This document shows, piece after piece, positions 24,255 to 31,570 of a DNA stretch of 64,000 bases (position 1 is the first letter of the stretch; each line of letters begins with the position of its first letter). The notes beneath the pieces are model-generated. The model did no database searches. It worked only from the letters and a program-made list of their open reading frames with translations, and was not told where the DNA came from. Source of the DNA: an uncultured Acidimicrobiales bacterium (GTDB lineage Bacteria > Actinomycetota > Acidimicrobiia > Acidimicrobiales > SHLQ01); assembly GCA_938038815.1 (NCBI GenBank), contig CALHTF010000011.1, positions 33,063-97,062 on the forward strand. Direction: 5' to 3'. The translations under genes were made by a program, and so were the position numbers.

Positions 24255-24379
24255 GCCCGCCAGTCTGCCAGCTCGTAGCCCCGGCCAGTGCCCCATACCC
24301 CGAACTGGTTCGCTCGATGGTCGTCAGAGCGACCATTTTGCGCACCAGTTCGGGGTGGAGGGGAGTTCGCTAGAAGGGG

Positions 24380-24598
24380 TTAGAAGGGATAGTGGTCAGC
24401 GCGGCCGTACAGATCGGTCCGACGCCGTTGGGGTCGGTGATACTCGTTGGCTCGCAGTTCGGCTAGGGCTCGCCGGTCGGCCAAGTGCGCTTGGAATCGG
24501 TTGAAAAGCCGTCGCCGAGACCGCGACTTGGGGTACGGGGTGTGCACCTTGGGAAGTGCGATTGGGCTGTGAGATGCCGCATGTACGAGATGACTCAT
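24380..24598 (-). CDS. Small Arg-rich hypothetical protein (72 aa)
   Basis: ATG preceded by AAGGCGG. Third-position GC is moderately elevated (about two thirds by my count). No homolog recognised, so it may be non-coding. Confidence 0.3.
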   Translation of the reverse strand: MSHLVHAASHSPIALPKVHTPYPKSRSRRRLFNRFQAHLADRRALAELRANEYHRPQRRRTDLYGRADHYPF

Positions 24599-24732
24599 GA
24601 TGTTTCCGCCTTAGGTGTGGGTTGCTTGGTTCGTGCTGTGGTTTCAGCATCGCGAACCCAGCCCACACCGTCTGTGCGCGTCGACACGCAGCAAGGGTGC
24701 TCGAGCGCGCGGTTGGTTTGTGGCGGTGTTGG

Positions 24733-25713
24733 TCAGTCAGAAATCTGACTACGGATCCCGGTGAGCCAATCGTTGGCTTCGGTCCAGGCCTGGGCCGTTT
24801 CTGACCGCGAGCCATCGCTCTCGCCTAGGGCCGGGTAACTCCCCAGCACCTTCACGTCGCCGTGCTTCATCTGCACGTCGCGCAGTGCGTCGCCTACCAC
24901 TTCATCGGAGATGTGACCCTCGAGATCGATGATAAAAGCGTATTCACCCAGGCGGGTCTTGGCCGGTCGGCTCACCAACGTGGAGAGGTTGACGTTTCGG
25001 CTGGCGAACTCGAGCAGAATGCCCACCAAACTTCCCGGCCGGTCGGCACGCTGATGGATGACGATCGAGGTTTTGTCGTGGCCGGTCGGTTTCGGAATGC
25101 CCGACGCAGCCACCAGCAAGAAGCGGGTTTGGTTCTCGGGGTGGTCTTCGATGTGCGGTGCCAAGATCTCGAGGCCGTAGACCTCGGCTGATCGAGCCGG
25201 CGCGATCGCGGCGATAGTTTTGTCGCCCTTTTCCGCCACCACCCGAGCGGCGCTGGCGGTCGAGTTGGCGGCTTCGAGTGGGATGCCGCTGAGGTTCTTG
25301 CCGAGCCATACCCGACATTGGGCAATGGCGACGTTGTGCGAGAGGACCTGCTCGATCTCGGTCACTTCGGTGCCCGGAACCCCCATGAGGTTCATCTGGA
25401 TCGGCAGCACGATCTCGCGCTGAATCTGCAGGTTGAGGTCGAACGCAATGGTATCGAGCGCCACGTTCACAGTGCCTTCGATGGCGTTCTCGATCGCCAC
25501 GAACCCCAGGTCGACTTCGCCCCGGTCGGTGGCCCGCAAAACCTCGCCCATCGTGTCCATTTGTCGGAGCTCGGCGGTTGCGAGGTCGGGCTGAGTAAAC
25601 AACGCCTGTTCGGTAAAGGTGCCGCTTGGGCCCAGGTAGGCGACGACGGGTGGTTCTCTGCGTTGTGCGTGTTCGCTCACACTGAGTGAGGATAGTGAGG
25701 TGAACGAGGACAC
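24733..25713 (-). CDS. pheA: Prephenate dehydratase (PDT domain + C-terminal ACT domain)
   Basis: VAYLGPSGTFTEQA start of the PDT domain, TRFLLV, and ACT-like region DRPGSLVGILLEFASRNVNLSTLVSRP (ESRP-type motif). The true start is probably a downstream GTG (for example near 25680). Confidence 0.9.
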   Translation of the reverse strand: MSSFTSLSSLSVSEHAQRREPPVVAYLGPSGTFTEQALFTQPDLATAELRQMDTMGEVLRATDRGEVDLGFVAIENAIEGTVNVALDTIAFDLNLQIQREIVLPIQMNLMGVPGTEVTEIEQVLSHNVAIAQCRVWLGKNLSGIPLEAANSTASAARVVAEKGDKTIAAIAPARSAEVYGLEILAPHIEDHPENQTRFLLVAASGIPKPTGHDKTSIVIHQRADRPGSLVGILLEFASRNVNLSTLVSRPAKTRLGEYAFIIDLEGHISDEVVGDALRDVQMKHGDVKVLGSYPALGESDGSRSETAQAWTEANDWLTGIRSQISD

Positions 25714-26440
25714 CCTCGGTCAATTATTGGCCAATGTAAAAAATGGTGAGCTGTCGATCGACGACGCGGTGCGCGAACTGCGTCGTCTTCCCTTTGTCGA
25801 CATTGGCCATACCAAGGTCGATCTGCATCGCCAGCTGCGCAACGGGATGGCCGAAGCGATTTACGGCCCCGGCAAATCACCCGTCGCCGTCGCCGACATC
25901 GTTACGGCGTTGTTGGCCGAAAGTTCGGGCCCGGTCGTGCTGACGCGCACCGACCAAGCCCAGCGCGACGCGGCGCTCGCCGTGGGTCCCGGAGCGATCG
26001 AGCGGGGTACCACCCTGTACTGGCGCCCCGCGCCCACCCGCGACGTTTCGGTCGTTGTTGCCTCGGGAGGAACCGCCGATCAGCCGGTGGTCGATGAGTG
26101 TGTCGCGACCTTGGCCGCCAACGGTGTTGAGGCCACGGTATTGCCCGATGTCGGCGTGGCCGGACTGCACCGCCTGCTGGCCAACCTCGATGTGTTCGTC
26201 GACGCTGATGCCATCGTCACCGTTGCGGGCATGGAGGGCGCGCTGGCCAGCGTGGTCACCGGTTTGGCGGCCGCTCCGGTGGTGGCCGTGCCGACGAGCG
26301 TCGGGTACGGATCGGGGCTCGACGGCGTTACCGCGTTGTTGTCGATGATGGCGTCGTGTGCCTCGGGACTCACCGTGGTTGGGATCGACAACGGCTTCGG
26401 TGCGGCGGCCGCGGTACTGCGAATGCTGCCCGAATCCTGA
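25700..26440 (+). CDS. larB: LarB-type AIR-carboxylase-like protein (pyridinium-3,5-biscarboxylic acid mononucleotide synthase)
   Basis: 246 aa. The N-terminal LarB-specific region (LRRLPFVDIGHTKVDLHRQLRNGMAEAIYGPGKSP) is followed by a PurE-like fold (VVVASGGTADQPVVDE...AGMEGALASVV). GTG start preceded by GAGGA. Confidence 0.8.
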   Translation: MNEDTLGQLLANVKNGELSIDDAVRELRRLPFVDIGHTKVDLHRQLRNGMAEAIYGPGKSPVAVADIVTALLAESSGPVVLTRTDQAQRDAALAVGPGAIERGTTLYWRPAPTRDVSVVVASGGTADQPVVDECVATLAANGVEATVLPDVGVAGLHRLLANLDVFVDADAIVTVAGMEGALASVVTGLAAAPVVAVPTSVGYGSGLDGVTALLSMMASCASGLTVVGIDNGFGAAAAVLRMLPES

Positions 26441-27159
26441 TGCCCCGGACCGCGTGGTTTCACGCCTTCTCCGGGATCGCGGGCGATATGGCCCTCGGAT
26501 CGCTTATCGACGCCGGTGCGCCGGTGGCCGACGTTCGTTCGATGCTCGAGAGTCTGCCGTTCGACGGTTGGAAGCTTCACGCCGAACCGGTTTCGCGGAA
26601 CGGAATCGCCGGCACGAATGTCACCGTCGAGGTCACCGACACCGCAACCCACCGAAACGCCTCGACCATCTTCGCCATGATCGCCGACTCGACCTTGCCT
26701 GATCGGGTGAAGCATCGCTCGACCGCCGTGTTCACCGCCCTAGCTACCGCCGAGGCTGCGCTCCACGACAGTTCGATCGACAACGTTCACTTTCACGAGG
26801 TTGGCGGCCACGACGCGATCGTCGACATTGTTGGCACCGTTGCCGCGCTCGAGGTGCTGGGTGTCGATGCGGTTGCCGTAAGTCCGGTTGCGGTCGGGAT
26901 GGGAATGGTCGGCAGTGCTCATGGCCGTATCCCGAACCCGGCTCCCGCAACCGTTCGCCTGCTGGCGGGCTTTGTGACCCACGGTGTCGACCTGGGTCTC
27001 GAACTCACAACCCCAACCGGTGCCGCGCTGCTCGCCGGACTCGATGCGACGTCGGGCCCGATGCCCGAGATGACGGTCGAGGCCAGCGGCTTTGGCGCTG
27101 GCGACGCCGTTTTGGAGAAACAACCAAACCTTCTTCAGGTGGTCATCGGCGAAGGTTGA
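26440..27159 (+). CDS. larC: LarC N-terminal-domain-only protein (DUF111, nickel insertion family), lacks the C-terminal domain
   Basis: AWFHAFSGIAGDMALGSLIDAG and VHFHEVGGHDAIVDIVG match LarC/DUF111. The ORF stops about 240 aa in, just after ...GFGAGD...PNLLQVVIGEG. Full-length LarC proteins continue for roughly another 150 aa. The start overlaps the larB stop (TGATG). Confidence 0.75.
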   Translation: MPRTAWFHAFSGIAGDMALGSLIDAGAPVADVRSMLESLPFDGWKLHAEPVSRNGIAGTNVTVEVTDTATHRNASTIFAMIADSTLPDRVKHRSTAVFTALATAEAALHDSSIDNVHFHEVGGHDAIVDIVGTVAALEVLGVDAVAVSPVAVGMGMVGSAHGRIPNPAPATVRLLAGFVTHGVDLGLELTTPTGAALLAGLDATSGPMPEMTVEASGFGAGDAVLEKQPNLLQVVIGEG

Positions 27160-27172
27160 TTACGCTGGGCCC

Positions 27173-27901
27173 ATGTCTGACGTACAACCCGAAGATCGCC
27201 TCTACTTTCGCCAGCTCTTGGCGGGCCGAGATGTGGCCGCCGACGATCCACTCGCTCGGCAGATGGTGAACTTCATCTACCTGATCGGCGACCGCCAAAC
27301 CGGCGAGGCCGTTGTGGTCGACCCCGCATACGATCCGGCGGGCATCGTTGCGGTAGCCGAGGCCGACGGGATGAAACTGACCGGCGCGTTAGCCACGCAC
27401 TACCACCCCGACCACGTAGGTGGAGAAATGATGGGCTACGAGCTCAAGGGCGTGGCCGAATTGCTCGAACACGTGTCGGTACCGATCCACGTGCAAAAGC
27501 CCGAAGCCGACCTCGTGACCAAGGTGACCGGGCTGGTCGACGCCGACCTCGTAACCCACGATTCGGGCGACACGGTGCAGGTGGGCGAGATCGAGATCGA
27601 ACTCATCCATACCCCCGGGCACACGCCCGGAAGTCAGTGCTTCTTGGTGGAAAACTGCCTCGTCGCCGGCGACACGCTGTTTCTCGATGGCTGCGGACGA
27701 ACCGATCTACCCGGTGGCGACCCGCGCGAGCTGTATCTCAGCCTCACCCAGCGGTTGGCCAAAGTTCCCGATGAAGCAGTGCTGTTTCCGGGGCACCTCT
27801 ATTCACCCGAGCCGTCGCAGAGCATGGGCGAGACCCGAGGTCGCAACGTGGTGTTTAGGCCCCAAACCGAGGAGCAGTGGATGATGATGTTTGGCCGCTA
27901 G
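27173..27901 (+). CDS. MBL-fold metallo-hydrolase (glyoxalase II / persulfide dioxygenase-like)
   Basis: Metal motif THYHPDHVGG, then HTPGHTPGS and a downstream Asp/His (GDTLF...FPGH). Start at ATG 27173, 14 nt after the larC stop. Confidence 0.85.
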   Translation: MSDVQPEDRLYFRQLLAGRDVAADDPLARQMVNFIYLIGDRQTGEAVVVDPAYDPAGIVAVAEADGMKLTGALATHYHPDHVGGEMMGYELKGVAELLEHVSVPIHVQKPEADLVTKVTGLVDADLVTHDSGDTVQVGEIEIELIHTPGHTPGSQCFLVENCLVAGDTLFLDGCGRTDLPGGDPRELYLSLTQRLAKVPDEAVLFPGHLYSPEPSQSMGETRGRNVVFRPQTEEQWMMMFGR

Positions 27902-29676
27902 GCCGACTTCTTCTCGGTCCACATCGCCGTGCACGCCGGGCAGCTGAGATGACGCTGCTCTAGGTCGATGTCGACCCGAGCGGCCGCGCCGCAGTTCGGG
28001 CAGATCGGACCCGTCACGGCTGGCGCTTCTTTCTTGCCCAGCAGCTTGCCGAAGAACGAGCTGCGTTTGTCTTTGCTGTCGTCGGCTGATTCTTCGTTGA
28101 AGCTAAAGAACGAGTCGGCGGTGTCGTCGAGAGTGTCGGCAACCGGGTGCACTTCGGGCGCCACAACTGGCATCGCGACAGGCTCCATGGCCTCGGCTAA
28201 GGGTGGGGTTTCCGCGTTGGGTGGGGCGGTCGGAAAGACGCTGGTCTCGCCGACGAGACTCGCCGGGGGCGGCGGAAGTTCGCCAAGTTCAGCTGGGTTG
28301 ACTGGCGCCTGGGGCCAATCAGCAACCGGGGTGACGGCGGCGTCGGAGGCACTGGTGGGCCAAGCATCGATCAAGGTGGCTGGCCCGGCGGTGATGGGGC
28401 TGCCTAATGGGTCTGGTGTCGCTGGTTCGAACCAACCGCCGGGAGTCGCCGGTTCAGGCGTCGCGAACGGATCGACCTCGGGTGCGGGGGCAGCCATTTC
28501 GGCTGGAGCCGTCTGCGGGGTCGAGGTGAACAGTCCGATGTTGTCGGTGGTGGCTGGTTCGGTCGGCGCAGCTTCGGGAACCTGCGCCACGTTGAGGTGG
28601 TCGGGTTCGGCCGGTGCCGCCTCGGTCATAAAGACCATCGATGGCGTCGTCGCGGTTGGGATTGGGGTGTCGGCTGGGGGTGCAGAGAACAGACCAGTGG
28701 TCGCGTCGTCGGTGGTGGGTGCTGGTTCGTTTACCGGCGCAACGGCGGTTGGAACCGGTTGATCCCAAGCACCTCCGAAGGCCGAGCTCGAAACGCCGCT
28801 GCCGGGCCACAGGCCGTCTTCTTCGGCGACGGCGGCAACCTCGTGGACCGGCGTCGGTGTGGCTGGTTGGGCCTCGGCGAAGAGAGAAACTGGTTGGGCT
28901 GGAGGTACTGGCGTCGCCGGTGCGGCCGGTGCCGCCGCAACAACTGTCGTCGTTGGTTCCTCGAACACCGGTGGCTCGGGCAAAACGGTCGGTGGCGGCG
29001 GTGGTGGGGGAGGCGGTGGCGGGGGCGCTTGGGCCTTCGTTTCACCAGGCAAGGCAGCGGTATCGGGCAGGGCGACTTCCTCCGGAAGCGAGATCTCGGG
29101 CACGCCAACCGACTCGGGGAGCGTGTGCTGGCTGATCAGCTCGCGGAGCTCTTGCTCGCTTGGGGCATCGACAAAGGCTTGGGCGTCGACGAAGGCGTCG
29201 GGCTCGTCGGTGGGTTCGGTGTCGAATTCGAGGGCAAGCGGTTCCATTTCTGGCTCGTCCTGGTCGGGTGCGGCGAGGAACTGGAGCTCCGATTGAACGG
29301 CTTCGGGCTCGGTTGCCGGCGAGAGCGAAGGCAAGGTGGAGAGAACCGGTGGGGCGGGGGGCAACGGGATATCGAGACTTGGCGGTGGGGTAGGCGGCGT
29401 GGGGATCTCCATGGCGTCGATACCGAGCGCCGCTTCGCTCACTCGGGCGACCGACGGTGTGGGTTCGGGCACCGGAATCGGCTTGAACAGCCCCTCGGTG
29501 TCGGGGCTGGCGGTCTGTATGGCTTCTTTGTCGGCTTCGGGTGCCCCGACCTCAGGTTGGGGTTTTACAGCAGAAAGCTCGCGCGCCCGTCGTGAGGCTT
29601 CGGCCCAGGTCAGAGGGGCGGTGGTTTCCACCGACTGCTCTGACAACGTTTGTTCTAGCTGACTCATGTATCCCAT
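27898..29676 (-). CDS. Proline-rich, acidic, intrinsically disordered protein with C-terminal CxxC-N17-CxxC zinc ribbon
   Basis: 592 aa with no TM segment or signal peptide. The C-terminus is GPICPNCGAAARVDIDLEQRHLSCPACTAMW. There is a run of 12 consecutive Pro codons at 28990..29025. No family recognised. Confidence 0.7.
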   Translation of the reverse strand: MGYMSQLEQTLSEQSVETTAPLTWAEASRRARELSAVKPQPEVGAPEADKEAIQTASPDTEGLFKPIPVPEPTPSVARVSEAALGIDAMEIPTPPTPPPSLDIPLPPAPPVLSTLPSLSPATEPEAVQSELQFLAAPDQDEPEMEPLALEFDTEPTDEPDAFVDAQAFVDAPSEQELRELISQHTLPESVGVPEISLPEEVALPDTAALPGETKAQAPPPPPPPPPPPPTVLPEPPVFEEPTTTVVAAAPAAPATPVPPAQPVSLFAEAQPATPTPVHEVAAVAEEDGLWPGSGVSSSAFGGAWDQPVPTAVAPVNEPAPTTDDATTGLFSAPPADTPIPTATTPSMVFMTEAAPAEPDHLNVAQVPEAAPTEPATTDNIGLFTSTPQTAPAEMAAPAPEVDPFATPEPATPGGWFEPATPDPLGSPITAGPATLIDAWPTSASDAAVTPVADWPQAPVNPAELGELPPPPASLVGETSVFPTAPPNAETPPLAEAMEPVAMPVVAPEVHPVADTLDDTADSFFSFNEESADDSKDKRSSFFGKLLGKKEAPAVTGPICPNCGAAARVDIDLEQRHLSCPACTAMWTEKKSA

Positions 29677-29912
29677 TTGCCTTGTGATTTTTCGCCGTTA
29701 GGTGGCCAAAGACTCGGGACAAACATTCAGGTCACGAGGCCAAGAGCCAAAGATCCATCGGCGCGGCGAGCACCCTCGTGAGCAGTTGACGAAAAGTTGC
29801 AACTTGCTGGTGACGAATCCTTTAGTCCGGGCCGTGGGGGCCGAATGAACTACTACCCCCGCACTACGCCTGGTCAGTTCCTGGCGAACTGGCTAACAAG
29901 GAGAGTTCTGAA

Positions 29913-30641
29913 ATGTCTGACAACGCCGAACCGCAATCAGGTGAAGGTCTTCACCGGATCGGTAGGACGCTGCGCGGATACAACCGCAACGCTGTGGATC
30001 GTTTGCTGACGCGCAAGGAGAACGAACTCTTAGAACTGCGTGGGCAGCTAAAGCACCAGAAGCTTCTGCTCACCCAGGCTCAGTCAGAGCGTGCGGCCTT
30101 TATGCGGTCGCTCGAGGTTGCCGCCCGGGCCGCCGACGAGTTGCTCGACGAAGCAACCCAAGAGGCCATCGACATCCGTGAGTCGGCGCTCGGCGAGGCC
30201 GAGGAAACGCTGACCGCCGCTCGCCAACACGCCGAACAAACTCAGGGTGTGGCGTCGCTTGCCGCCCGCGAGATTGTGTCGGTCGCCAAGGCCGACATCG
30301 CCGACTATCAGCGGGCCGAAGAAGAACGCATTCGCCACGATGCCTCAGAGGCGCTCGACGCCGCCAAGCGGATTGAAGAGGACAAAGAGGCCCTGACCAG
30401 GTATCAAGCCGAGCTCAGCCAGTACCTCTTCAAGCTGGGCCAGTACTTGATCTCGGCGTCGGCTGACCCGACGATCGCGCTGCCCGTTTCCGAACAACCG
30501 ACGATCACCCAGAAGCCGACCACCCTTTCCTCCCAGGAAATGATCGACTTGGCCGACGACGCCGACCACGATTTCAGCGAGTTCTTCAGCAGCGATATCG
30601 ACCACGACAAAAGCCGTCAGTGGATCCTCGATAACGGGTAA
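29913..30641 (+). CDS. DivIVA-domain-like coiled-coil protein
   Basis: 242 aa. The N-terminal GRTLRGYNRNAVDRLL resembles the DivIVA-domain F-x-x-x-x-RGY(D/N)-x-x-x-VD motif. It is followed by long heptad-like helical sequence and an acidic tail. Confidence 0.6.
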   Translation: MSDNAEPQSGEGLHRIGRTLRGYNRNAVDRLLTRKENELLELRGQLKHQKLLLTQAQSERAAFMRSLEVAARAADELLDEATQEAIDIRESALGEAEETLTAARQHAEQTQGVASLAAREIVSVAKADIADYQRAEEERIRHDASEALDAAKRIEEDKEALTRYQAELSQYLFKLGQYLISASADPTIALPVSEQPTITQKPTTLSSQEMIDLADDADHDFSEFFSSDIDHDKSRQWILDNG

Positions 30642-30659
30642 CTATGCAAAGCTGACCGG

Positions 30660-31472
30660 GTGCTTGCCCGGTCGATTTTGGTGTTCCTTGCCTTGACGAC
30701 CTTTGCCGTCGCCGGGTTTGTCATCACCGACACCGACACCGACCGTCGAACCATCGACGAGTCGCGCACCGACACCGGAACCGCCGAGCGCGGGGTTCGG
30801 ATCGTGCCGCCGACGTCGGAGACTACCGTCGCGTCATCCACGACGCCTGCTCCGTCGACCACTACAACCCTTGCAGTAGCACCCACGCTCGACCCAACCG
30901 TGGAAGCAACAACGTCGGTCCCGAGACCGCTCGAAGAACTTCCCAGGAGCGGTTCGGGGGAGTTCATCGCGGCGGCCGGAGAGGGTGAGTTGGTCGGAGC
31001 GGGCAACATCATCGAGTACTCGGTGGCGGCTGAAGATGGGATCGGCATCGATCCGAATCAAATCGCCGCCCGAGTTGAGCAGGTGCTGGCCGACCGACGT
31101 AGTTGGATCGCCGAAGGCGACATTGGTTTCCGGCGAGTATCGACCGGCGGGACGTTTCGGCTCATCGTCGCGTCGCCCGACACGGTCGACCAGATGTGTC
31201 GACCGCTGCGAACCAACGGGATCTTCTCGTGTGCTCAGAACGGCTTTGTGGCCATCAACTTGTTCCGGTGGGAGACCGCAACCGACTTCTGGGACACGGG
31301 CATCGAAAGCTACCGGGACTACGTGGTGAACCATGAGGTTGGTCATTACCTCGCTCGGCCCCATGTGGGTTGTCCGGCCGACGGCGCATGGGCACCGGTG
31401 ATGATGCAACAGACCAAAGGCGTTGGTTCGTGTCGAGCGAACGGGTGGCCTTACCCCGACCCGTTGGAGTAG
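30660..31472 (+). CDS. DUF3152-family secreted putative zinc metalloprotease
   Basis: GTG start, N-terminal TM/signal helix (ILVFLALTTFAVAGFVI). Conserved block YSVAAEDGIGIDP...RRSWI...FRLIVASPDTVDQMC...NHEVGHYL (HExxH). Confidence 0.7.
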   Translation: MLARSILVFLALTTFAVAGFVITDTDTDRRTIDESRTDTGTAERGVRIVPPTSETTVASSTTPAPSTTTTLAVAPTLDPTVEATTSVPRPLEELPRSGSGEFIAAAGEGELVGAGNIIEYSVAAEDGIGIDPNQIAARVEQVLADRRSWIAEGDIGFRRVSTGGTFRLIVASPDTVDQMCRPLRTNGIFSCAQNGFVAINLFRWETATDFWDTGIESYRDYVVNHEVGHYLARPHVGCPADGAWAPVMMQQTKGVGSCRANGWPYPDPLE

Positions 31473-31570
31473 CCGAACCGCCCTGTACAGATTCGTCGTG
31501 ACAAAATTCGCGACTTTTTGGGTTCTCAGACGTCTAGTGGTCGTACGCAAAGAATCAGGGCGCCGAATTT

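Noticed and set aside
27092-27175. Possible programmed frameshift fusing larC to a downstream larC2-like frame, as in Lactobacillus plantarum. The frame of the next gene is open 81 nt upstream of its ATG and overlaps the larC end.
   Set aside because: The downstream frame encodes an MBL-fold hydrolase (THYHPDH motif), not a LarC C-terminal domain. The upstream open stretch has no homology, and I see no slippery heptamer.
29797-30009. 70-aa ORF upstream of and overlapping the DivIVA-like gene start.
   Set aside because: It overlaps the better-supported DivIVA-like ORF in another frame, has no RBS, has poor codon bias, and lies in what looks like the promoter/leader.
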